A stretch of DNA of 25,372 nt from Candidatus Fraserbacteria bacterium (GTDB taxonomy: Bacteria > Bipolaricaulota > Bipolaricaulia > RBG-16-55-9), in NCBI GenBank assembly GCA_037442925.1, contig JBBIPG010000033.1, positions 1 to 25,372 on the forward strand. Reading direction: 5' to 3'. Shown in pieces: positions 18,057-25,086 of this stretch. Numbering within the stretch: the stretch's first letter is position 1; each line of letters opens with the position of its first letter. Both the position numbers and the translations under genes were made by a program. Below the pieces are notes generated by a model. That model saw nothing but the letters and a program-made list of their open reading frames with translations, did not search any database and was not told where the DNA came from.

Positions 18057-18254
18057 TCAACTGGCGAGCATTTGGAGGAAGCGCTTGCGTGCCCGGCCCT
18101 GGACTTGGATCCCCTGTCGAGCCTGACGCACGCGCTTCGCGCTCTTCTTCACCTGTTTGTGGTGATAGCCGCTCTTGGCACCCAGGATCTTCCCGTTCTT
18201 GGTCACCTTAAAGCGCTTCGCTAGCCCTTTGTGACTCTTCTTCCTTCTTGCCAT
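18057..18254 (-). CDS. rpmI: 50S ribosomal protein L35
   Basis: K.HKG.AKRFKVTKNGK, basic 65 aa, between infC and rplT; AAGGAG SD. Confidence 0.93.
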   Translation of the reverse strand: MARRKKSHKGLAKRFKVTKNGKILGAKSGYHHKQVKKSAKRVRQARQGIQVQGRARKRFLQMLAS

Positions 18255-18771
18255 GTTCGTTCTCCTTCATTCCTGTGGGGACAAGCACCATCTGAAGCGT
18301 TCGACCCAGCACTTTGGGTGCCTGATCGATCTTTCCGATCCCTTCGGTCTCCTTGACCAGTCGCCCCAAAAGCTCGCGACCCCGATCCATATGCACGATC
18401 TCCCGCCCGCGGAAGATCACGGTCACTTTCACCTTGTCGTCGTGCTCCAAGAAGCGCCGGATGTGGCGCACCTTGGTCTCAAAATCATGATCCTCGATTT
18501 GGGAGGTGAAGCGCATCTCCTTGAGTTTCTGTGCCTTCTGCTTCTTCTTCTCTCGCTTCTCCTGTCGATACTTGTACTTGCCAAAATCCAAAAACTTGCA
18601 GACAACCGGGTTCGCCTGGGGCGCAACTTCCACAAGATCCATACCCCTCTTTCTGGCCTCCTGAATGGCCTGAGCTAGAGGCATGACCCCCAGCTGCTTG
18701 CCCTTCTCATCGACTACCCGTACAACGTCCGCCCGAATCCCCTCATTCCTGCGAATTGGCCGATTAGCGAT
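18208..18771 (-). CDS. infC: Translation initiation factor IF-3 with non-canonical AUC start (187 aa)
   Basis: The frame extends 29 codons upstream of the ORF-track start: ATC GCT AAT...(M)ANRPIRRNEGIRADVVRVVDEKGKQLGVMPL, restoring the IF3 NE.IR...VR N-domain. SD GAGGAGGT lies directly upstream. DLVEVAP, DFGKYKY and FRGRE motifs. Confidence 0.93.
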   Translation of the reverse strand: MANRPIRRNEGIRADVVRVVDEKGKQLGVMPLAQAIQEARKRGMDLVEVAPQANPVVCKFLDFGKYKYRQEKREKKKQKAQKLKEMRFTSQIEDHDFETKVRHIRRFLEHDDKVKVTVIFRGREIVHMDRGRELLGRLVKETEGIGKIDQAPKVLGRTLQMVLVPTGMKENEHGKKEEESQRASEAL

Positions 18772-18831
18772 ACCTACCTCCTCGATCTAAAGCCGGAGCT
18801 TAAGCAGGAGACTTTTGCATTTGGGTTTCTC

Positions 18832-18860
18832 AACATAGCAAATCCCTTGCTCTCTGTCAA
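18832..18860 (-). promoter_or_regulatory. Sigma70-type promoter for infC-rpmI-rplT
   Basis: Minus strand TTGACA (18860-18855), 17 nt, TATGTT (18837-18832) with extended -10 TG. Confidence 0.75.
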
Positions 18861-18862
18861 GC

Positions 18863-20146
18863 TCATGGCTGGTATTCAAACTCCTGGCTTCCCAACACGA
18901 CTCGATCTCCCGCTTGCGCGCCCTGACGCCTGAGCTCCGCGAAGATGCCGAGCCGTTCCAGCTGTTCTTGCAGATACTCGAGTGCATCCGGTTCATCTAG
19001 GAAGAGACGGCTCAAGCGAGCCACGGCCCCTCCGCGCACACAGTAACCTTCGTCCTCTTGCTCCACCACGAAATCCGTTGCCCGTGCCTGTGGACGATAG
19101 ACCCGAAGCGATCGACGTGCCGACTGCAGCTCGACGGAGAGCTCTTTGGGCACGAGTCTCTGAAGGTCTTCGTAACAGTGGTGGATCAGTTCACGAACGC
19201 CCTGGCCCGTCAGTGCCGAGATCGGATGAAGGTCCACTCCCACCCCGCAGAAGCGTTCGCACACGCTTCGGAGCGACTCTTCATCGAGCAAGTCCATCTT
19301 GTTGCCGACGAGGATTTGAGGTTTCTCCGCCAGCTCCTCCGAAAAGGCGCGGAGTTCTCGGTTGATGACGTCATAATCTTCTAAGGGGTCACGGCCTTCT
19401 GCTCCTGAGATATCGATCAAGTGCACGAGCAATCGCGTCCGTTCCACGTGCTTGAGGAAACGATCCCCCAAGCCTTTTCCCGTGTGCGCGCCTTCGATCA
19501 AGCCGGGGATATCTACGGCCACGAACCCCGAATACTCATCCACGGGAACAACGCCCAGATTGGGCTCAATGGTTGTGAAGGGATAGGGCGCGATCTTCGG
19601 ACGCTTAGCGGACATCTTCGAGAGCAGAGTGGACTTCCCAGCATTCGGGAACCCTATAATCCCAACATCTGCGAGCAATTTGAGCTCGAGCTTCACCCAA
19701 TGTTCCTCACCGGGTGCTCCGCGCTCGCGGATCCGTGGGGCTTGCCGGGTGGAGCTCTTAAAATGAGAATTCCCTCGACCGCCCTCGCCACCACGGGCGA
19801 TCACGACTTGCTGGCCAGGTCGAGTGAGATCAGCCAATCCCTCACCCGTACGCAGGTCTTTGACGACCGTGCCCACAGGGACATTCACAATGAGATCCTT
19901 GGCATCGTGGCCCCGCTTGTGATTCGATCCCCCACGGCCCCCCGCCTCGGCCTTCCAATGGACTCGACGGGTGAACATAAGCAGTGTATTGATGCGGGAA
20001 CTGGCGCGCAGTATGACATCGCCGCCGCGCCCTCCGTCCCCGCCGTCGGGGCCACCGCGCGGACGATACTTCTCTCGGCGAAAACTGATCAGACCATCGC
20101 CGCCTCGTCCGGAAACAAGGCAGATCTTCGCTTCATCAATGAACAT
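18863..20146 (-). CDS. obgE: GTPase ObgE/CgtA (start probably ATG 20146, MFIDEAK)
   Basis: Gly-rich Obg domain GGPDGGDGGRGG; G1 GFPNAGKST, G2 PFTT, G3 DIPG, G4 NKMD, G5 SAL; C-terminal OCT-like domain (G...GD.V..G..EFEY). Confidence 0.96.
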   Translation of the reverse strand: MFIDEAKICLVSGRGGDGLISFRREKYRPRGGPDGGDGGRGGDVILRASSRINTLLMFTRRVHWKAEAGGRGGSNHKRGHDAKDLIVNVPVGTVVKDLRTGEGLADLTRPGQQVVIARGGEGGRGNSHFKSSTRQAPRIRERGAPGEEHWVKLELKLLADVGIIGFPNAGKSTLLSKMSAKRPKIAPYPFTTIEPNLGVVPVDEYSGFVAVDIPGLIEGAHTGKGLGDRFLKHVERTRLLVHLIDISGAEGRDPLEDYDVINRELRAFSEELAEKPQILVGNKMDLLDEESLRSVCERFCGVGVDLHPISALTGQGVRELIHHCYEDLQRLVPKELSVELQSARRSLRVYRPQARATDFVVEQEDEGYCVRGGAVARLSRLFLDEPDALEYLQEQLERLGIFAELRRQGAQAGDRVVLGSQEFEYQP

Positions 20147-20185
20147 CGGGAAAGAACTCAAAGAAGGGAAAGACGAAAGAGGGGC

Positions 20186-20431
20186 TCATGACGACACGGG
20201 CTCAATCCGGACATACCTCCCCTTGAACTCCACACGGCCTTCCATGAGGGCAAAGAGCGTGTGATCACGTCCTAGGCCAACACCGGCTCCGGGCTTGAAG
20301 ACGGTGCCCCGCTGGCGAACGAGGATCTCGCCTGTCTTGACATGCTGTCCTCCAAAACGCTTGATGCCCAAACGCTTCGCATTGCTATCTCGACCGTTTC
20401 TGGAGCTACCGCCGCTGACTTTATGAGCCAT
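20186..20431 (-). CDS. rpmA: 50S ribosomal protein L27 (short form, starts MAHK)
   Basis: [28 protein letters not shown] and GRDHTLFAL motifs. AGGAGG is 7 nt upstream of ATG 20431, so this ATG is preferred over 20437. Confidence 0.96.
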   Translation of the reverse strand: MAHKVSGGSSRNGRDSNAKRLGIKRFGGQHVKTGEILVRQRGTVFKPGAGVGLGRDHTLFALMEGRVEFKGRYVRIEPVSS

Positions 20432-20452
20432 GTCCATTCCTCCTCTTACACC

Positions 20453-20794
20453 TTAGACTTTCACTCGACTGGGTGCGTCTTTGACCCCTAGGGCATTGGG
20501 GTGGCGCTTCTCAATGGCCTTAAGCCCCAGCAGTGTGCTTTCGAGTATGGCATCGATCTCTCGGTTCAAGAGGTAATCGCGCTTGAGTCGGATGACCAGC
20601 CGATCTGGTTCGTCCTCGACTTCCGGGTCTAGCTTGAGGTACTCCTGGAGGCCGATGATCGATGTCCTCATGAGAGTCGATACTCCGATCTCGACGAATT
20701 TGCCCTCTTGCGTCTCCTCACCAGAGGGGTCCCCCTGGCAACGGAACTCTTGTACGCGTCCTTCGTGGTCGCGTAGTACTTCGACTTCAATCAT
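20453..20794 (-). CDS. Prp/YsxB (DUF464) ribosomal-processing protease homologue lacking the catalytic His/Cys
   Basis: Sits between rplU and rpmA; 113 aa; the pattern MI.V......G.V..F...G / V..GVS.L..T...GL / ILE..LLGL..IE..HP matches Prp, but GHA is GDP and DIVCA is KFVEI. Confidence 0.8.
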   Translation of the reverse strand: MIEVEVLRDHEGRVQEFRCQGDPSGEETQEGKFVEIGVSTLMRTSIIGLQEYLKLDPEVEDEPDRLVIRLKRDYLLNREIDAILESTLLGLKAIEKRHPNALGVKDAPSRVKV

Positions 20795-21111
20795 CCTCGG
20801 ATCTCCTGTATGAGGGTTTTCGTGTAGATCTGGCGATGGCCTCGACGTCGACTCTGACGCGACTTGCGCTTGTACTTGAAGACCTTGATCTTCTCGCCCT
20901 TGAATTCACCCTCAACCGTTCCGCTGACCCGAGCCCCTTTTACGTAGGGTTGACCGATCTTCGTCTTGTCCTCTTCGCTGAGGACGAGTACGCGATCGAA
21001 GGTGACTTTAGAACCCGCCGAGGAACCCGGCAATCGCTCTGTGATCACCGGCTGGCCTTCCTCGACCCGGTATTGCTTGCCGCCTGTCTCAATGATAGCG
21101 TACTTCGACAT
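20791..21111 (-). CDS. rplU: 50S ribosomal protein L21 (start ATG 21111, MSKYAII)
   Basis: YAIIETGGKQYRVEEG, IGQPYVKGA.V, KGEKIKVFKYK and GHRQ.YT motifs. Confidence 0.97.
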   Translation of the reverse strand: MSKYAIIETGGKQYRVEEGQPVITERLPGSSAGSKVTFDRVLVLSEEDKTKIGQPYVKGARVSGTVEGEFKGEKIKVFKYKRKSRQSRRRGHRQIYTKTLIQEIRG

Positions 21112-21145
21112 GCAGGACTTCACCCTTCCCCATGAATGCGCTCTC

Positions 21146-21174
21146 ATTGTAAACGACGGGACATGCCATTTCAA
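21146..21174 (-). promoter_or_regulatory. Sigma70-type promoter for rplU-prp-rpmA-obgE
   Basis: Minus strand TTGAAA (21174-21169), 17 nt, TACAAT (21151-21146); overlaps the metG stop codon. Confidence 0.72.
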
Positions 21175-22832
21175 GGCTGTTTGTCTTCCTTTAGCTGGTC
21201 GTATGCCTGGCGGACTTTCTCGAGGTCGATTTTCTCTACCAAGCGTTCCGGCGCGTGGAGCTGAATCTCTCTTGTCGGAAGCTGGGTCACGTCCTCCAAG
21301 CTGGGGGTCTCGACTCGCAGCACTCGATACGCCCTCTCAGAAAGGGAGGGTACGAAGGGTTCCAACAAGATCGCGAGGGCTCGGACCAGAGCATAGGCAC
21401 TGGCGATCACTTCCGGCTTGTGCTCCTCCCAAGGTTTCTCTTTCTGCACGTACTCGTTGCCTGTCACAGCGAGATCTGTCACGTGGCGAAGGGCTTGGGC
21501 AAGGAAGCCCGCTTCAAAGGCCTGCTCATATTTCTCCTTTGCATCTTTAACGGCTCTTGTGATGTGAGGGTCGAGCGTTGCGGGTGAGATGACGGCCCCG
21601 TAGCTACGATGGGTGAGCGAAGCCACCCGATGAATGAGGTTCGCGATGTTATTCACCAAGACACCGTTGATTGCTTTATCTAAATCTTCCCAGCTGAAAT
21701 CAATATCGCGCTGTTCAGGTCGGAAGAGCAACAGGTAGAATCGCCAGTACGAACCCGGCAGAAGCGTAAGAGCTTGGTCGCCATAGATCCCAATGCCGCG
21801 CGTCTTGGAGAACTGCTGGCCACCGATCCAGTTTAGATATTCTGTGGCCGCGATCTGATCCGGTAGATGATACTTCTCACCCGATGCCAGGAGCTGGGCA
21901 GGAAAGAAGATGGTGTGGAACGGGATGTTATCTTTGGCTTGCGTGTAGATATGCTTTACGTTCTTGCCATCATCCAGCCAGAAGGTTGTCCAGCCATCGG
22001 GGTTGCCCTTCTTTTGGAAGTATTCTATCGTAGCCGACACGTATCCCAGAGCGGCCTCGGCCCAGACATAAATCACTTTGCCCTCTGCGCCTCGGAAGGG
22101 AGCGGGAATACCCCATTCGAGATCACGGGTGACAGCGCGTGGCTTCAGACCATCTTTGAGCAGATTCTCTGTGAACCTGCCCACATTGTCTTTGAAGGAC
22201 TTTTCTGCAAGGAAGGCTTTTAGTTGAGACTCCAGCTTGGGCAGATCCAGATACCAGTTTCGTGTCCTCTGGAAGCTAATGGTGCTCTGACCGCAGATGC
22301 GGCATCGAGGGTTCTTCAGCTCCGACGGTTCGAGCAGAGCGCCGCAGTCGTCGCATTGATTGCCGTAGGCATTCGGTGAACTACAACGTGGGCAAGTGCC
22401 TTCGATGAAGCGATCGGCTAGGAATTTCTTATCCCGCGTGCAGTATGCTTGCTCTTCCTCACGGGCGAAGATGTAGCCATTCGCCTCCGCTTTTCTATAT
22501 ATATCTTTCACAAAGTCATAGTGCGTGGGGGACTCCGTAGTGGTGTAGAACATGTCGATCTCGAAGGCTCTTATAATTTCGAGGATCTGCTGATGCACGC
22601 GATCCGAGAGTTCTTTTGGGCTCAGGCCGCGTTTGAAGGCCTCAAACTCGATGTTTGTGCCATGAGTATCGGAACCGCTCACATACAGAACCTCGTGACC
22701 CTTTAGCCGGTAGTAGCGAGCGAATGCGTCTCCGGAAAGCAAACACCCTATCAGATTCCCCAGATGGGGCACGTTCGAGGCATAGGGCCAGGCACTGCAG
22801 ATCAATACTTTAGATTTGCTCAGGGCAATCAC
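21171..22832 (-). CDS. metG: Methionine--tRNA ligase (two zinc-knuckle type, no C-terminal tRNA-binding domain); start probably GTG 22832
   Basis: SAWPYASNVPHLGN (HIGH-equivalent), GSDTHGT, CxxD/CPxC/CxxC/CxxC knuckles, TRDLEWGIP, KDNIPFH and QFSKT (KMSKS-equivalent). Confidence 0.94.
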   Translation of the reverse strand: MIALSKSKVLICSAWPYASNVPHLGNLIGCLLSGDAFARYYRLKGHEVLYVSGSDTHGTNIEFEAFKRGLSPKELSDRVHQQILEIIRAFEIDMFYTTTESPTHYDFVKDIYRKAEANGYIFAREEEQAYCTRDKKFLADRFIEGTCPRCSSPNAYGNQCDDCGALLEPSELKNPRCRICGQSTISFQRTRNWYLDLPKLESQLKAFLAEKSFKDNVGRFTENLLKDGLKPRAVTRDLEWGIPAPFRGAEGKVIYVWAEAALGYVSATIEYFQKKGNPDGWTTFWLDDGKNVKHIYTQAKDNIPFHTIFFPAQLLASGEKYHLPDQIAATEYLNWIGGQQFSKTRGIGIYGDQALTLLPGSYWRFYLLLFRPEQRDIDFSWEDLDKAINGVLVNNIANLIHRVASLTHRSYGAVISPATLDPHITRAVKDAKEKYEQAFEAGFLAQALRHVTDLAVTGNEYVQKEKPWEEHKPEVIASAYALVRALAILLEPFVPSLSERAYRVLRVETPSLEDVTQLPTREIQLHAPERLVEKIDLEKVRQAYDQLKEDKQP

Positions 22833-22864
22833 CCTATTGAATGCGAATGCTACTAGGCGGATAG

Positions 22865-23344
22865 CATAACAGATCCATTGGAAGCTTACCAGGACCTTGC
22901 TTAAAACCAAATGACGAGGTCTCTGCGTTAGGAAGAAATGCCGTAGAAGTTGGCTGGCAGAAGCGCAGAGGCGATGTTATAAGGTTATTTATTTTCTACT
23001 GGAAGGACGGCGTCGGCGGATGCTATAACGCATGCACCGCATATTGGGTACCCTATGACAATACCATCGAACCCGGAGCGCCACTCAACTCGGACATCGC
23101 TGGCAAGTTCGAGGTGGCGACATCTGATATGCAAGGGCATACTAGAACAGACATGGGCAACGGCCAATGGGCATCGAGCACTAGTGCCGCCAGTATGACT
23201 AGCCAGGCATACAAGGATACCGGTGGAATCTGGAGGAATGCGAACACAGCGAAGATCGCAACTTCGCCCAGACGCTATACTGTGTACTCTTTATCTACAA
23301 CAGGTATGCGATACGGCGGACCAGGCTGCACTTCAAACTGTTAG
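22865..23344 (+). pseudogene. Neprosin (DUF239, glutamic peptidase) domain remnant, no start codon and apparent internal deletion
   Basis: Stop-free frame 22865-23344 reads ...NAVEVGWQKRRGDVIRLFIFYWKDGVGGCYNACTAYWVPYD...FEVA...TDMGNGQWASS..AAS...YGGPGCTSNC, matching neprosin motifs (IEAGWQ, RLFxYW, GCYN, MGSG, YGGPG). No ATG/GTG/TTG before 23114. Confidence 0.7.
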
Positions 23345-23362
23345 CATAGGAGGCGATTTCCC

Positions 23363-24283
23363 TTGCTTCATCAGAGGCAAACTACGCTAGTGCATTGGCG
23401 GAAAGGGATGAGAACTATTCTAGTTCTTCCCCTCTTGACCTTCCTCTTTTCCGTCAACGCAGGGGGACAATCCCCACCTCCACCTCCTCCCCCTCCCTGT
23501 GGTGGGCCAGGCCAATCCCCTTGTCGTAGCTTCACGGTCCATCCTGCACGCTTCCCAAGGCCAGGCATCTTTCACATCGATCTCATAGCCACTGTTATCA
23601 CACTTACAGGACCCCTAACTTGTGACCAAGATGTTAAGATCACCCCTGCAGGCCCGCTACGCTCAGTGGGAGATCAGCAAATCACACCAGCTATCATTGA
23701 GATCCCGCCCACCTTAGCCAGTACCCCTGAGAGGCCGTGGCCAATGGTCGAATGCTTTGCCACTACCAGCATAGGTAGCTGGGTATTCTACATTGCCATT
23801 GGCCCTGAACCACCCCCGCCCGGACCCCCACCGGGGCCATCACCTCAAGTGGCCCAGTTTGATACGAATCGGAATGGTGTGATCGATGATCCTGAATTCT
23901 TTGTCGTTATCGACCTATGGGTCGCGGGTCAGATTCCTGATGATCTGTTCTTCGCTGTGATCGATGCTTGGGTCTTGCAAGCCCCTGTCCGAGGGACTTC
24001 CCTCTCCTCGGCTCAACCCGTGGGACTGGCCCTCTCAGCCACGAGGGGCTCCATCACGTTCACGGTGCGAGGCCCAGACATCGCAAGTCTGGCTATGGAA
24101 GTCTATGATCTCAGCGGCCAGCGAGTCTTCTCTCGGCAGGCATCGGGCACGCGACTGACCTGGAATCTCAAGACGTCAAGCGGGAAACCCTTGGCCAACG
24201 GAGTCTATCTTGCTACGATTACGATCCAAAGGCTCGAGGGTCAAATCTCTCGCGAACTAAGAAAGATCCTGATCTTAAGATAA
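23363..24283 (+). CDS. Secreted Pro-rich protein with EF-hand/dockerin-like motif and C-terminal FlgD-Ig/T9SS-CTD-like domain
   Basis: AGGAGG 9 nt before TTG; signal peptide (RKGMRTILVLPLLTFLFSVNA); poly-Pro linkers; DTNRNGVIDDPE loop; tail EVYDLSGQRV...W.....G..LANGVYL...RKILILR. Confidence 0.8.
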   Translation: MLHQRQTTLVHWRKGMRTILVLPLLTFLFSVNAGGQSPPPPPPPPCGGPGQSPCRSFTVHPARFPRPGIFHIDLIATVITLTGPLTCDQDVKITPAGPLRSVGDQQITPAIIEIPPTLASTPERPWPMVECFATTSIGSWVFYIAIGPEPPPPGPPPGPSPQVAQFDTNRNGVIDDPEFFVVIDLWVAGQIPDDLFFAVIDAWVLQAPVRGTSLSSAQPVGLALSATRGSITFTVRGPDIASLAMEVYDLSGQRVFSRQASGTRLTWNLKTSSGKPLANGVYLATITIQRLEGQISRELRKILILR

Positions 24284-24314
24284 CACGTTAGGCACACCCG
24301 CCTGAGGTGGCTAT

Positions 24315-24653
24315 TCACCACGCTCCATAGGTCTGCCGCATCACGGCTGAGATACGTTGGAAATCTGCCGGTTGCACTTGGCCCAGCCGACGAGCGATGA
24401 GGGCTTTCTCTAGCGTCGCCAGCTTGTGTAAGCGCACGGCCGAAGGCGCAAGTAACCCCGCTCCTTGCCAATCTGTAATCGGGACATCGTAAGGGGTCTG
24501 GTGCCTTTGGGTGGTCACTCTGGCCACGACCACATCGGCATTGCCGGTGTCTAGAATGACCAGAGCCGGACGATGCTTGATCTGCGTGCCACGGGCATAG
24601 GGGAAGGCCACTAAGACCAGCTCACCGGCTTGGTAGGTCGTCGTAGATGGCAT
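24315..24653 (-). CDS. PemK/MazF-family toxin (type II TA)
   Basis: GELVLVAFPY......KHRPALVI, VVVARVTT, GL..PS.VR..KL.TL and RRLG pattern; overlaps an upstream small gene. Confidence 0.88.
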   Translation of the reverse strand: MPSTTTYQAGELVLVAFPYARGTQIKHRPALVILDTGNADVVVARVTTQRHQTPYDVPITDWQGAGLLAPSAVRLHKLATLEKALIARRLGQVQPADFQRISAVMRQTYGAW

Positions 24654-24843
24654 CGCTTGGGGCGTAGCCCTTCAGAAACTGCTTGGCCGTCAAGTGCGCC
24701 CAATCTTGATCTTCAGCGGCAGAGGCTCCCAGCTGCTCGATGATCTCTTTCAGCAGCTGCTCAAGCGTACAGTGGCGTGCCTGTGCCAGCTGTCTGGCGC
24801 GCTCCAGGGTCTGTTCATCGAGTTGCAATTCGATGTTCGCCAT
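24622..24843 (-). CDS. Putative cognate antitoxin (RHH-like N-terminus, acidic C-terminus)
   Basis: 73 aa directly upstream of the toxin and overlapping it by 32 nt; beta-helix-helix-like start MANIELQLDEQTLERARQLA; acidic tail YAPSDAIYDDL; GGAGAGGG SD. Confidence 0.75.
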   Translation of the reverse strand: MANIELQLDEQTLERARQLAQARHCTLEQLLKEIIEQLGASAAEDQDWAHLTAKQFLKGYAPSDAIYDDLPSR

Positions 24844-24921
24844 CCTGCCCTCTCCGGTCCCTCTTAGCTTGAAGTGCAGAGGGCTTGCAGTCTATCAAGG
24901 CCAGCAGGAAAACGCAAACCC

Positions 24922-24953
24922 TTGACAAGCGGGGGGAGGGGAAGTGCTATTAT
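24922..24953 (+). promoter_or_regulatory. Promoter upstream of riboswitch
   Basis: TTGACA at 24922-24927 and extended -10 TGCTATTAT at 24945-24953; the predicted start (~24960) coincides with the aptamer 5' end. The spacer to TATTAT is long (20 nt). Confidence 0.6.
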
Positions 24954-24960
24954 CAGCTTG

Positions 24961-25041
24961 ACACCCGAAAGGGCAAACCCAGCGAAAGCTGGGGACGCAA
25001 AGCCATGGATCTCACAGAGATCGCCAGGCTGCCAAAGGTGA
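24961..25041 (+). ncRNA. Cyclic di-GMP-I (GEMM) riboswitch aptamer
   Basis: GGGCAAA-CCCAGC-GAAA-GCTGGG-GACGCAAAGCC...GGCTGCC consensus; P2 with GNRA loop; P3 AGCC/GGCT, TGG/CCA, ATCTC/GAGAT; P1 CACC (24962-65)/GGTG (25037-40). Confidence 0.9.
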
Positions 25042-25080
25042 AGGTGCGTAATAGCTTCCTGTTCACTCGCCTTATTTGTT
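25041..25080 (+). terminator. Possible expression-platform hairpin/terminator of the riboswitch
   Basis: AAGGTG(C)GT-AATAG-cttc-CTGTT(C)AC(T)CGCCTT imperfect stem followed by ATTTGTT (weak U-tract). Confidence 0.4.
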
Positions 25081-25086
25081 CCCAAC

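Noticed and set aside
22833..22980. SAM or T-box riboswitch upstream of metG, and the ORF-track metG extension to 22910
   Set aside because: No recognisable aptamer consensus; the opposite strand is better explained by the neprosin remnant, and the extension has no MetRS similarity.
23471..23500. C-rich low-complexity runs as DNA repeats or phase-variation tracts
   Set aside because: They are mixed-codon poly-proline linkers, not homopolymer or perfect tandem repeats.
24278..24300. GTTAGGC resembling an integron attC core site next to the TA module
   Set aside because: No matching inverse core at cassette spacing, no extended attC palindrome and no integrase.
24961..25041. c-AMP-GMP (GEMM-Ib) variant of the riboswitch
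   Set aside because: The discriminating position is G (24972), not A.
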